Source: Flavobacteriales bacterium
GTDB taxonomy: Bacteria; Bacteroidota; Bacteroidia; Flavobacteriales_D; UBA2798
Length of the DNA: 64,000 nucleotides
NCBI GenBank assembly: GCA_037443205.1
Contig: JBBIOU010000010.1
Location: forward strand, 11,879-75,878
Reading direction: 5' to 3'
The notes below the pieces were generated by a model. The model had not been told where the DNA came from. It was given only the letters and a program-made list of their open reading frames with translations, and made no database searches. A program made the translations under genes and the position numbers. Position 1 is the first letter of the stretch. The number at the start of each line of letters is the position of its first letter. Below are positions 1 to 9,891 of this stretch, piece by piece.

Positions 1-2
1 TT

Positions 3-128
3 GCCCCACCCGATACTTTTCTGAAATGGCTCAAAGAAAAAGGCAAACTGGGTGGACAAAATAAAGTTCCTCGTTTATCTAACAACCGAAAATATCTGGA
101 TGAATTATTACCATTATTAAAACCTTAA
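3..128 (+). CDS. 3' end of a gene starting upstream of the window (product not recognised)
   Basis: Frame is open from the window edge to TAA at 126-128 (..PPDTFLKWLKEKGKLGGQNKVPRLSNNRKYLDELLPLLKP*). Absent from the ORF track because there is no start in the window. Confidence 0.4.
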   Translation, partial: APPDTFLKWLKEKGKLGGQNKVPRLSNNRKYLDELLPLLKP

Positions 129-162
129 CATGAAATGGTTTAATATTTGATTTACTCTTGCT

Positions 163-966
163 ATGTTCAAAATTATTACTGCCTGCCTGTTTATAATTAC
201 CTGTTGTGCAAAATTAAATGCCGACAGCCTGAACATAATACACGAAAAAACAATTTTTAAAAAATTCGATAAATTTAGTATTGATAACCTCGGAAATATT
301 TATTTACTAAAAAAAGACGTATTGACTAAGTATTCACCCACGGGCGACTCGCTGTTCAGCCAAAGTTTTAAGTTGCAAGGTGCCGTAACCGATTTGGATG
401 CATGGCAGGCTTTGCGCATTATTTTGTTTTACCGCGAACAGGCACAATTGCTTATTTTAGATAACACTCTAAGTACACAAGCTGATGCAATTAAACTTGA
501 TAAACTGGGATTACCATTTATTACCCTGATGTGTCACTCGCTAAATAATAATAATTTATGGCTCTATAATACCGAAGAACAAAACCTGCTGAGAGTTGAC
601 AGAAACTTTAAAATTCAAATAAATACCGGCAGTATACCCATGCTTGTGGGTTATGGCATAAACCCTACACAAATTGTCGAAAATAACGATTTGCTATATC
701 TGAATAATCCGGCCACCGGAATATTGGTTTTCGATATCTTTGGCACCTATCTAAAAACCATTCCCCTAAAAAATGTCTTACATTTTCAACCCTTAGATAA
801 TGGCATACTCTATACCATTAACAACAAAATTCTATACTACGATTTTTTATCATTTCAGGAAATAACCGTAAAAACTACAGATTCGACCCCATTGTCTTTT
901 ATTGTATTACGCAATAAATTATACCTGCACACCTCCGAGGGGCTTGAAATATATCAGATAAATTAA
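163..966 (+). CDS. hypothetical exported protein
   Basis: 267-aa ORF with a hydrophobic N-terminal signal-like segment (MFKIITACLFIITCCAKLNA). No motif recognised. Confidence 0.55.
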   Translation: MFKIITACLFIITCCAKLNADSLNIIHEKTIFKKFDKFSIDNLGNIYLLKKDVLTKYSPTGDSLFSQSFKLQGAVTDLDAWQALRIILFYREQAQLLILDNTLSTQADAIKLDKLGLPFITLMCHSLNNNNLWLYNTEEQNLLRVDRNFKIQINTGSIPMLVGYGINPTQIVENNDLLYLNNPATGILVFDIFGTYLKTIPLKNVLHFQPLDNGILYTINNKILYYDFLSFQEITVKTTDSTPLSFIVLRNKLYLHTSEGLEIYQIN

Positions 967-1030
967 AAAAATAAATAACAAGCGTTTGTTTATGTAAAAG
1001 ATTTTATATTTTAGCAAAAAACTATGGATT

Positions 1031-1681
1031 ATGCACATAGCAATTGCAGGAAATATCGGATCGGGAAAAACCACCTTAACTACCTTACTTGCCAACCATT
1101 ATAAATGGGAGGCACACTACGAAAACGTTGAAATAAATCCATACATAAACGACTTTTACGAAGATATGCAACGCTGGTCGTTTAACTTACAGATATATTT
1201 TTTAAACATTCGTTTTACACAAATTCAGGAAATAAAATTAAAAAATAAAAACGTTATTCAGGATCGTACAATTTACGAAGACGCTTTTATTTTTGCCCCT
1301 AACCTACATTCTATGGGTTTAATGACAACTCGCGATTTTGAAAATTATTTTTCTTTGTTTACCTTGATGGAATCTTTTATTGCCCCTCCTGATTTATTGA
1401 TTTATCTGCGTTCCAGTGTGCCCACCTTAGTTAACCATATACAATCGCGCGGAAGAGAATACGAAGAAAGCATACGGCTGGATTATCTCAAAAGATTAAA
1501 TGAACGTTATGAAGCCTGGATTTCTACTTACGACCGCGGAAAACTATTGATTATTGACGTTGATAACAATAAATTTCACACCAATAAAGAAGATTTAGGG
1601 CAAATCATCCGGGCTATTGATGCCGAAATGCACGGCTTATTTAAACCCGAAAAAAGCGAAAAAAAAATAAAAATTAAATGA
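1031..1681 (+). CDS. deoxynucleoside kinase
   Basis: P-loop AGNIGSGKTT, a DRT(IYED) motif and an arginine-rich lid (SRGREYE). Length of 216 aa is typical of the dNK family. Confidence 0.85.
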   Translation: MHIAIAGNIGSGKTTLTTLLANHYKWEAHYENVEINPYINDFYEDMQRWSFNLQIYFLNIRFTQIQEIKLKNKNVIQDRTIYEDAFIFAPNLHSMGLMTTRDFENYFSLFTLMESFIAPPDLLIYLRSSVPTLVNHIQSRGREYEESIRLDYLKRLNERYEAWISTYDRGKLLIIDVDNNKFHTNKEDLGQIIRAIDAEMHGLFKPEKSEKKIKIK

Positions 1682-1875
1682 TGTTCGTCTTCATAATTAT
1701 TCAAAGAAAAATTCAGAGAGCATAACCTGTAAATATTAAGATTTTTTCTGACACATGTTTATTTTTAATAACTAAGATATCTGTATATCAAATATGCAGT
1801 TACGATTCTTCTGAGGCATATTATTAAATAAGTTTGGAAGTTATTTTATAATTTAGCAAATTATAATAACGAAAT

Positions 1876-4290
1876 ATGAAATCAATAATTTTATCCATTT
1901 TAATTATTCTAAATTCTGCATTAATACAAGCACAAAACTGGACAGGTGCAGTTAGCACAGATTGGAATAATCCTGCCAATTGGTCGTCAACACCTACCAA
2001 TAATACAGCCAAAGTGATTAACCCGGCTAATTACACCGGGGCTGCTCATCATCCTGTAATTTCAAGTAATTCTTCATTTACTCCCGGTACTGTTTCAATA
2101 TTAAATGGCGGACAACTTACCATAAATGCGAATTTATCTACTAACGGCAATGTTACCGTTAGTGATAACAATTCGCAACTTATAGTAAATGCAGGAGTAT
2201 TTGAAGTAGCTGTAAATAATAATGGCAGGTTAATAGTTGAATTAGGCGCTACCATGACAATAAACAATGGTACAATAAATGTTGGTCAACGTTTTATTAG
2301 CGGTGAATACAGTATTGTTACCATGTATAACGGAACAGTTACAACAGGTCAAAGATTATTAATGGATTTAGGAGGAATATTTAATTTTAACGGAGGCAAT
2401 ATTACAGTGGCGCAAACGATGGCGTTAGCTGATGGCAATGTTAATGGTTCTTGTCAGTTTAATATGAATGGCGGTAACCTTACAGTAAATGGCGAAATTG
2501 CTTTAGAAAATGAATTTGGTGTGTATGAGCCTACCGTAACTATTAATGGTGGTACGCTTACTCTAAATGGCGATTTGGTGTGGTTTGGAGAAACTCCGGG
2601 TGCAGGTACCCCAAAATTTATTATGAACGGGGGTACTGCTAACATTAGCGGATTAATTCAAAATATGCCGCTTAGTACGGTAAATATGTATTTAAAATTA
2701 CAAGGTAATGCACAACTTAATTATTCAGGAAATTTAATTGAATCTATCCATCCGCAGGATAGCATTATACAAATTCAAAACAGCCAATTATTTTTAAATA
2801 ATAATCATACTATTAATAATTCCGGTGTAATTTATGCACAAAATGTAAGCACCAACTTTAATACAAATTCAATACTGCAAGGCAATGGACACTATCAGTT
2901 TCATACAGTAGAATTATCTACTGCTAATACAATAAATCAGCAAACTGCTCATGTTTTTATTAGTGGTAACTTAAATGTAAATGGAAATTTCATAACTAAT
3001 AATAATACCGTTACTTTTAACGGAAGTGCAAATCAAACTATTAATGGTAACAATATAAATTTTTATAATTTAACTATAAATAATTCCTCAAGCAATGGAG
3101 TGAGTCTTAATACAACAGTAAATGTTACAGGTGCGCTACAGTTAAACAACGGAAAATTAAACACCTCCAATACGCATATAATAACTATCGAAGATAATGC
3201 CACAGCCACATCCGGAAATATTAATAGTTTTGTTAACGGACCAATAATTAAAAAAGGAGATGATGCATTTGTATTTCCGGTTGGTAAAAATATGCGTTGG
3301 AGAAGATTATCAATAAGTGCTCCTAATACTACTACCGCCTCTTTCAAAGCCGAATATTTTGATAATACCTATAGCCAAATAACACCGGTAAACTCACCAT
3401 TATCTGCCATAAGCAACATTGAACATTGGAATTTGGAAAGATTAAATTCCTCCTCAAACGTTGTAGTAAGCTTATACTGGGAAGATGCATCAGCAAGTGC
3501 AATAACCGATTGCAACGAACTTTCAATTGCACGATGGAATACCAATGCATGGGAAAATGTCCTCTCAACCGCCAATGGTATTTGCAACGGAAATGGCAAT
3601 GGATATATAACCTCCAACAATATTTTAAATGATTTTGGAACATTTACCTTTGGCTTTTATTCTAATGTTACAACGCAAAATATTGATTTGTGCATTGGCG
3701 ACAGTGTAATTGTAGGAAATAATACCTATTATACTTCAGGTACTTACATTAATATATTAACTGATATAAATAATAACGATAGCGTTGTAATTACCAATGT
3801 AAATGTAATTAGCCCGGATACATCAATTGTAATTATTGCAGATACACTGCATGCCGTAAACAGCAATGCAAGCTATCAGTGGGTTGATTGTTCAAATAAT
3901 TTTACCTTAATTCCGGGAGCAACTTCTCAAAATTTTAATCCGCTTATTAGTGGAAATTATGCTGTTATTATTAACCAAAATGGTTGTATAGATACATCGT
4001 CTTGTTATTTTATATCTTTAACATCAATATACCCGGATGAAAATAAAAATGAATTAAAACTTTTTCCAAATCCAATTAAACAAGCAGAAAAGCTTAACCT
4101 ATTAAACGCTGAAAAAATTCTTTGGATAGAAATTTATGATTTAACAGGTAAATTAATTAAAACTATAAATAATGCTCAACACAGTAACAGCATGCAAATA
4201 GATATTAATTTACCCTACAGCAATTTTTACATCATAAAAACTATTGATACCGAAGGATACAATAACCTATTTAAAATTATTATTTTATAG
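1876..4290 (+). CDS. secreted Asn-rich beta-helix-like protein with T9SS C-terminal sorting domain
   Basis: Signal peptide followed by the QNWTG..DWNNPANWS motif. Repeated NGG(T/N)(L/I)T(V/L)NG units. C-terminus LKLFPNPIKQ...IEIYDLTGKLIK... matches the type A T9SS CTD pattern. Confidence 0.85.
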   Translation: MKSIILSILIILNSALIQAQNWTGAVSTDWNNPANWSSTPTNNTAKVINPANYTGAAHHPVISSNSSFTPGTVSILNGGQLTINANLSTNGNVTVSDNNSQLIVNAGVFEVAVNNNGRLIVELGATMTINNGTINVGQRFISGEYSIVTMYNGTVTTGQRLLMDLGGIFNFNGGNITVAQTMALADGNVNGSCQFNMNGGNLTVNGEIALENEFGVYEPTVTINGGTLTLNGDLVWFGETPGAGTPKFIMNGGTANISGLIQNMPLSTVNMYLKLQGNAQLNYSGNLIESIHPQDSIIQIQNSQLFLNNNHTINNSGVIYAQNVSTNFNTNSILQGNGHYQFHTVELSTANTINQQTAHVFISGNLNVNGNFITNNNTVTFNGSANQTINGNNINFYNLTINNSSSNGVSLNTTVNVTGALQLNNGKLNTSNTHIITIEDNATATSGNINSFVNGPIIKKGDDAFVFPVGKNMRWRRLSISAPNTTTASFKAEYFDNTYSQITPVNSPLSAISNIEHWNLERLNSSSNVVVSLYWEDASASAITDCNELSIARWNTNAWENVLSTANGICNGNGNGYITSNNILNDFGTFTFGFYSNVTTQNIDLCIGDSVIVGNNTYYTSGTYINILTDINNNDSVVITNVNVISPDTSIVIIADTLHAVNSNASYQWVDCSNNFTLIPGATSQNFNPLISGNYAVIINQNGCIDTSSCYFISLTSIYPDENKNELKLFPNPIKQAEKLNLLNAEKILWIEIYDLTGKLIKTINNAQHSNSMQIDINLPYSNFYIIKTIDTEGYNNLFKIIIL

Positions 4291-4304
4291 ATAATATATC
4301 ACAA

Positions 4305-4323
4305 ATACGCATTAGTATGCATA
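4305..4323 (+). repeat. degenerate copy of the P1 hairpin module of the 147-nt element
   Basis: ATACGCAT-TAGT-ATGCATA resembles CATTACGCAT-TAGC-ATGCGTAATG of the repeat. It lies 15 nt after the stop codon at 4290. Confidence 0.3.
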
Positions 4324-4506
4324 AAGATCGTATAAATAATATGTGTAAACTCCCTATTTTTAGTAAATTACTAAATTATACATTTACATCAAATCAAAAT
4401 ACTTTCTTTTAATGTTCCTAGGTGTAATGGAGCGTAGCGGAATGCAACCCAAGAACAATGTTTTTTTCTCTATGCTTTACAGGACTGATACCCCGGTACT
4501 GTTCAT

Positions 4507-4653
4507 TTTATCCCGTATTACGTATTAGCATACGTAATGCTTGCCTGATGGCGGATAACCCAAACCCACCCCTTTGCCAAAGCACTCAGTCCGCCTCTGG
4601 CGGAAAATTTGGATTTAATCCAAATTTCTAATGCTTAATTTGGGTTAATTATA
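4507..4653 (+). repeat. 147-nt structured intergenic repeat, copy 1 (candidate ncRNA / 3'UTR element)
   Basis: Aligns end to end with 14653-14799 and the reverse complement of 29843-29989. Same hairpin set: P1 4516-4539, P2 4542-4553, P3 4556-4564/4639-4647, P4 TCCGCC-TCT-GGCGGA, P5 4605-4627. Confidence 0.85.
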
Positions 4654-4695
4654 GAATGATGATGCAGGACTAATAGTTACTCTGGTTATGTAAAG

Positions 4696-5037
4696 TTAAT
4701 TTCTATTAGCCGCATCCTGGTTATTTGTTGCTTGTTTTTTACGCAAGGCCTTTCGATTAATTCTAAATGCAAAAATCCACGCGATAATAAAAGGTATTAA
4801 AATAAAATATAGAGTTACATTGAGCCAACCCATCAACGTTAACGCACACGTGCCTTTTCTTACACATATTAAATTGCTGTATGTAAGTGTTTCTTTCACT
4901 TCTTCGGTAAACACATCGGTAGTGTTGGCTTGCACTTCGAAAGCTTCAAAAACCAATGTTTCGTTGGTAAAAATCAAATAAATTAAGCAAAAAAGTATAA
5001 TAAATATCAATATACCTGTTATCGTACCTCTTTTCAT
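4696..5037 (-). CDS. hypothetical membrane protein
   Basis: 113-aa ORF with two hydrophobic helices and a basic C-terminal tail. No motif recognised. Confidence 0.5.
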   Translation of the reverse strand: MKRGTITGILIFIILFCLIYLIFTNETLVFEAFEVQANTTDVFTEEVKETLTYSNLICVRKGTCALTLMGWLNVTLYFILIPFIIAWIFAFRINRKALRKKQATNNQDAANRN

Positions 5038-5092
5038 AATCTTTTTTTGGCTAATTTATAAATTAGTTTTCATATAAATTATCAGTTAACGC

Positions 5093-5100
5093 TATCTTTG
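5093..5100 (+). promoter_or_regulatory. Bacteroidota-type -7 promoter box (TAnnTTTG)
   Basis: TATCTTTG ends 4 nt before the hisA ATG at 5105. Confidence 0.3.
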
Positions 5101-5104
5101 TGTT

Positions 5105-5833
5105 ATGATAATTATTCCGGCCATAGATATTATCGAGGGAAAATGTGTAAGGCTTAGCCAAGGAGATTACCATAGCCAAAAAATTTATAACGAAAATCCC
5201 TTAGAGGTAGCCCAAATGTTTGAAGATATGGGTATTAAACATTTGCATTTGGTAGATTTAGATGGGGCTAAGGCTAATCATGTGGTAAACTGGAAAGTGT
5301 TGGAAAAAATTGCAACAATAACGAATTTGCAAATTGATTTTGGCGGTGGTATAAAATCAGAAAAAGATCTGCAAATTGTTTTTGATTGTGGCGCTCATCA
5401 GGCAACTGCAGGCAGTATTGCTATAAAAAATAGAGACGAAGTAATCCGTTGGTTAAAAAAATACGGCAAAGAAAAAATAATTATTGGAGCTGATGTGTAT
5501 GATAAAAAAATTGCCGTATCGGGCTGGCAGGAAATAACCGAAAAAGATATTTTTGAATTTTTAAACGACTATATGCAACAAGGCATGAAATATTGTATTT
5601 GTACCGATATCAGCAAAGACGGCATGTTGCAAGGCCCATCTACCGAACTGTACAAATCAATATTGACCGAAATAAACAATTTAAAATTAATAGCCAGCGG
5701 TGGTATTAGCAGTATCAACGATATATATGTATTAAAAGAAAACGGTTTATATGCAGCTATTATAGGCAAAGCCATATACGAACATAAAATTTCGCTTATT
5801 GATATTAAAAATTATCACTTACAATTAAATTAA
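5105..5833 (+). CDS. hisA: 1-(5-phosphoribosyl)-5-[(5-phosphoribosylamino)methylideneamino]imidazole-4-carboxamide isomerase
   Basis: [18 protein letters not shown]-terminus and (beta/alpha)8 HisA signature (GGGI, ASGGIS). Adjacent to hisF. Confidence 0.95.
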   Translation: MIIIPAIDIIEGKCVRLSQGDYHSQKIYNENPLEVAQMFEDMGIKHLHLVDLDGAKANHVVNWKVLEKIATITNLQIDFGGGIKSEKDLQIVFDCGAHQATAGSIAIKNRDEVIRWLKKYGKEKIIIGADVYDKKIAVSGWQEITEKDIFEFLNDYMQQGMKYCICTDISKDGMLQGPSTELYKSILTEINNLKLIASGGISSINDIYVLKENGLYAAIIGKAIYEHKISLIDIKNYHLQLN

Positions 5834-6588
5834 TGCTTACCAAAAGAATTATTCCCTGCCTGGATATACAAAACGGACGTACGGTAAAAGGCGTAAATTT
5901 TATTAACCTGCGCGATGCCGGAGATCCGGTAGAACTGGCAGTAAATTATTGCAAACAACTTGCTGACGAACTTGTGTTTTTAGACATTACGGCTACCAAC
6001 GAAAAAAGAAAAACACTGACATCTTTAGTAAAAAAAATAGCCGGCAACATAAATCTCCCATTTACGGTAGGTGGTGGTATAAGCAGTGTGCAAGATGTAT
6101 CTATGCTGCTTGACGCAGGTGCCGATAAAGTTTCGGTAAATTCGGCTGCAGTTAAAAACCCTTTATTAATCGAGCAATTAGCAAAAAATTTTGGCAGCCA
6201 ATGCATCGTATTGGCTATAGACGCAAAAAAAGAACAGAACGAGTGGTACGTATATCTTAACGGAGGATGCTTAAAAACTGATATAAAACTATACGAATGG
6301 GCCAAACAAGCACAAGAAAGAGGTGCGGGCGAAATATTATTTACTTCGATGGATCATGACGGCACAAAAAACGGTTTTGCGATTGAAGCCTTGCAAAAAT
6401 TAGCCTCGGAATTAAATATTCCTGTCATTGCCTCGGGCGGTGCCGGAAACATGGCTCATTTTAACGAAGTATTTAGCCGCGCTAATGTTGATGCTGCTTT
6501 GGCAGCGGGTGTTTTTCATTTCGGAGAAATTCTTATCCCGCAGCTAAAACAAGAACTCAAAAATAATGGTATTCCTGTCAGATTATAA
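5833..6588 (+). CDS. hisF: imidazole glycerol phosphate synthase cyclase subunit
   Basis: [19 protein letters not shown] and ASGGAG motifs. The start overlaps the hisA stop by 1 nt. Confidence 0.95.
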   Translation: MLTKRIIPCLDIQNGRTVKGVNFINLRDAGDPVELAVNYCKQLADELVFLDITATNEKRKTLTSLVKKIAGNINLPFTVGGGISSVQDVSMLLDAGADKVSVNSAAVKNPLLIEQLAKNFGSQCIVLAIDAKKEQNEWYVYLNGGCLKTDIKLYEWAKQAQERGAGEILFTSMDHDGTKNGFAIEALQKLASELNIPVIASGGAGNMAHFNEVFSRANVDAALAAGVFHFGEILIPQLKQELKNNGIPVRL

Positions 6589-6732
6589 TCCGGGCATCAA
6601 GATACCTTAACAGATGGGGAGTATTAAATTAAATTAAATCCAAATTAACCAATAAAATATAGCTTACGCCCCGATAGAGTAATTGTTTTATTGCGTTTTA
6701 CCACACGTTGATTTATTAATGGTAATTTAGGT

Positions 6733-6740
6733 TAAATTTG
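6733..6740 (+). promoter_or_regulatory. Bacteroidota-type -7 promoter box (TAnnTTTG)
   Basis: TAAATTTG ends 7 nt before the tatC ATG at 6748. Confidence 0.3.
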
Positions 6741-6747
6741 CCAAATT

Positions 6748-7581
6748 ATGTACAGAAAAAACAAACCTGATACGATACAATCGGATAAAGAGATGTCTTT
6801 TATAGATCATTTAGATGAGTTGCGTTGGCGATTGGTAAAATCTGCTGCATGTATCATCGTATTGGCTGTTATTATGTTTATCTATACCGAAACCATTATA
6901 GAAAACATATATATAAACATGTCTGAAACCGATTTTATTACCTACCGTTATTTATGTACTGCGGGTAAATACCTTGGTATTGACGATATATTATGTGCTT
7001 CTAAAATAAACTTAGAATTACAAAGCATTAAAATGACCGGACAGTTTGGCACCAATATATATTTTGCCATTATAGCCGGTATAGTAATGTCTTTTCCGTT
7101 TATATTGTTTCAATTATGGTCGTTTGTAAAACCCGGATTAAAAGCCAATGAAATTCAAGCTACTAAAGGCATCGTATTTTATGCATCTGTATTATTTTTT
7201 ACCGGAATATTTTTTGGATATTTTCTCATCTCTCCGTTATGCGTACAGTTTTTTGGCAATTACACCATGTCTGATAAAATAAAAAACATATTTACTATAT
7301 CAGATTATATCAGCGTTATAACTACTACAACATTTTATACAGGTCTGTTATTTGAGCTGCCTGTTATAATTTATATACTTACCAAACTGGGTATTGTTGG
7401 CCCTGATTTTTTACGCAGGTACCGAAAACATGCCGTAGTGGTGGTATTAATTTTAGCCGCCATCATTACCCCACCCGACTTTTTCAGTCAGATATTGGTT
7501 GCCATCCCCATTTTATTGCTTTACGAAATAAGCATAATGGTTTCTTCACGTGCAGAAAAGAAACAACTTAAACCATCATAA
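6748..7581 (+). CDS. tatC: twin-arginine translocase subunit TatC
   Basis: MSFIDHLDELRWRL N-terminal motif, six predicted TM helices, typical length. Confidence 0.9.
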   Translation: MYRKNKPDTIQSDKEMSFIDHLDELRWRLVKSAACIIVLAVIMFIYTETIIENIYINMSETDFITYRYLCTAGKYLGIDDILCASKINLELQSIKMTGQFGTNIYFAIIAGIVMSFPFILFQLWSFVKPGLKANEIQATKGIVFYASVLFFTGIFFGYFLISPLCVQFFGNYTMSDKIKNIFTISDYISVITTTTFYTGLLFELPVIIYILTKLGIVGPDFLRRYRKHAVVVVLILAAIITPPDFFSQILVAIPILLLYEISIMVSSRAEKKQLKPS

Positions 7582-7584
7582 AAA

Positions 7585-7929
7585 ATGAGTAATCCGGTAA
7601 ACGAATTTAATACCTATCGTTCGATGATGAACGAAAAATTATTGGCTAACGACAACTTAGTTATCAAACGATTTTTTAATTTAGATACCCAAACATATGC
7701 AAACGGAGCTTTAGATACAAAAACAAAAGAAATGCTCGGACTGGTAGCTTCGATGGTATTGCGATGCGATGACTGTATCAAATACCATCTGGAAAAATGT
7801 CATCAGCAAAACATAAGCAAAGCTGAAGTTCTTGATATTTTTTCGGTTGCATTAATTGTGGGAGGCTCCATTACTATACCTCACATCAGAAGAGCTTATG
7901 AATATTGGGAAATTCTAGAAGCAGGTTAG
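7585..7929 (+). CDS. carboxymuconolactone decarboxylase (AhpD-like) family protein
   Basis: 114 aa with a CDDCIKYH (CxxC-x2-H) AhpD-core motif. Confidence 0.8.
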   Translation: MSNPVNEFNTYRSMMNEKLLANDNLVIKRFFNLDTQTYANGALDTKTKEMLGLVASMVLRCDDCIKYHLEKCHQQNISKAEVLDIFSVALIVGGSITIPHIRRAYEYWEILEAG

Positions 7930-7931
7930 TA

Positions 7932-8873
7932 TTATTTACAATATTGATTTTCTAATTGTACCGCTTTATCGCCATATTTTTTAGTATAATTTTTTTGCAA
8001 AGCTATCGTTAAATTATCGCAAGCTTTGCGGTAATCTTTTTGGGCTATATTTATTTCGGCAAACACTACATAGGCATAAGAATTTTCGGGATATATTCCA
8101 ATAGATTTTCTAATATCGGATAATGCTTCGTTAATTTTTCCCAATTGCAAATAACTATATGCCCGGTTGCAATATGGTATTCCCTGCTCCATATTTTTAG
8201 CTATTCCAATACATTTGGTAAAATAGGGTATTGATTCGATATATTTACCATCTTGTTGTAATTTAAATCCAATATTCGACAGAGCAAATTCGCTCAAAGA
8301 ATCAATTTCTATTATTCTGTATAAATACACCAGGGTTAAATCGCCTTTACCGACATGGTCGCAAACCAGAGCTAAATTATTTAATATTCCTAAATTATTA
8401 GAATCAAGTTCATAACCTTTTATCAAATCTTTATAGGCACTTTCAAAATTTCTAAGATTTATTTTAGCAGAAGCCCGGTTAATGTAGCAACTTAGCTTAA
8501 ACATCGTATCGTTAGAAAATTTTAATGCATACGAAAAATCCTGTATGGCATTTTGTTCTTTCTCGGCCGAGAGATAAAACAAACCTCTTAAATAATAAGC
8601 TCTTGAGGAGTCTTTTTTAAAAGCAATTGCATCACTGTAACTATCAAAAGCTAACTGATATTTTTTCAAATAATAGAAACAAATTCCTTTATCACATAAT
8701 AAACTATATTTATCTTCTTCAGTTTGCATAAGCTTATCAATTTTTTTAAGAGCCGCTTCGTATCTATTATTTTTCATGTCATCTTTATATGCGGATAATA
8801 ACTTTTCGGTTTTCGATTGCGAATAAGCAACTGCGCAAACCAGCAACATGATGTAAGTAGCAATTATTTTCAT
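7932..8873 (-). CDS. TPR repeat protein (exported)
   Basis: Repeated 34-aa A..Y...A TPR pattern. I prefer the internal start MKIIATYIMLLVCAVAYSQ (signal peptide) to the 8909 start given in the ORF track. Confidence 0.75.
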   Translation of the reverse strand: MKIIATYIMLLVCAVAYSQSKTEKLLSAYKDDMKNNRYEAALKKIDKLMQTEEDKYSLLCDKGICFYYLKKYQLAFDSYSDAIAFKKDSSRAYYLRGLFYLSAEKEQNAIQDFSYALKFSNDTMFKLSCYINRASAKINLRNFESAYKDLIKGYELDSNNLGILNNLALVCDHVGKGDLTLVYLYRIIEIDSLSEFALSNIGFKLQQDGKYIESIPYFTKCIGIAKNMEQGIPYCNRAYSYLQLGKINEALSDIRKSIGIYPENSYAYVVFAEINIAQKDYRKACDNLTIALQKNYTKKYGDKAVQLENQYCK

Positions 8874-9052
8874 ATATATTTTATGCAAAATTAAACTATA
8901 AAAATACACATTTATTTTTTCCGCGATAAGAGGTCGTTTAAGTTTTGTAATAATTTTTATAATCTTTTCTGTTTTTAAAATCGCTGGGCTTATACTTGCC
9001 TTTAATGATTAATATAGAATAAAATATTTAAAACAAATATGGCAGGAAATAT

Positions 9053-9060
9053 TAATTTTG
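9053..9060 (+). promoter_or_regulatory. Bacteroidota-type -7 promoter box (TAnnTTTG)
   Basis: TAATTTTG ends 4 nt before the ATG at 9065. Confidence 0.3.
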
Positions 9061-9064
9061 CCGT

Positions 9065-9805
9065 ATGTATAACAACAAAAAAATAGCAGTAGTATTACCG
9101 GCATATAATGCCGAAAAAACACTGGAAATAACCTACAACGAAATACCTTTTGATATTGTTGACGAGGTAATATTGGTTGACGACATGAGTAAAGACAACA
9201 CTTCGGAAGTAGCGAAAAAAATAGGTATTAAACATATTATCCGACATGAAAAAAACAAGGGTTATGGAGGCAATCAAAAAACCTGTTATGCCAAAGCCTT
9301 AGAATTAAATGCAGATGTGGTGGTAATGTTGCACCCAGATTATCAATATACCCCTAAACTCATTACTTCTATGGTTGCACTTATTGCAAACGGGGTATAT
9401 CCGGTAGTATTTGGTTCGCGTATCTTAGGTAAGGGAGCCCTGAAAGGCGGCATGCCCCTTTATAAATATATTGCCAACCGTTTTTTAACTTTATTCCAAA
9501 ATATATGGATGGGGCAAAAGCTGTCTGAATATCACACCGGTTATCGGGCTTTCAGCGCTGAAGTACTCAGAAAAATTGACTTTACGTATAATTCGGATGA
9601 TTTTATTTTTGACAACGAAATGATTGCACAGATTTTTTATAAAGGCTTTGAAATAGCCGAAATCACTTGTCCGACCAAATACTTTGATGAAGCCTCTTCT
9701 ATTAACTTTAAAAGAAGTACCATTTACGGACTCGGAGTGTTAAAAGTAAGTCTCTTATATCGTTTTACCAAATGGGGGCTTTATAACTGGAAATTGCTTA
9801 AATAA
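9065..9805 (+). CDS. glycosyltransferase family 2 protein
   Basis: IAVVLPAYNAE start, a DDMSKD (DxD-type) motif and a GT-A fold pattern. Confidence 0.85.
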   Translation: MYNNKKIAVVLPAYNAEKTLEITYNEIPFDIVDEVILVDDMSKDNTSEVAKKIGIKHIIRHEKNKGYGGNQKTCYAKALELNADVVVMLHPDYQYTPKLITSMVALIANGVYPVVFGSRILGKGALKGGMPLYKYIANRFLTLFQNIWMGQKLSEYHTGYRAFSAEVLRKIDFTYNSDDFIFDNEMIAQIFYKGFEIAEITCPTKYFDEASSINFKRSTIYGLGVLKVSLLYRFTKWGLYNWKLLK

Positions 9806-9891
9806 CTCACCAATGGGTGTGAATAATAAATGTTGTAGAGCAACACCCATACCTTATTAAAACTTAGTTTTACCCGTAGTTAATTTAGCAC

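Noticed and set aside
4427-4528. 33-codon ORF (MERSGMQPKNNVFFSMLYRTDTPVLFILSRITY*) running into repeat copy 1
   Set aside because: It terminates inside the P1 hairpin. The upstream part has no counterpart next to copies 2 or 3. The conservation pattern of the repeat is helix-preserving, not codon-preserving.
9813-9850. Hairpin ATGGGTGT / ACACCCAT after the GT2 gene, considered as a possible terminator
   Set aside because: The loop is 22 nt and no T-tract follows. This is not convincing as an intrinsic terminator.
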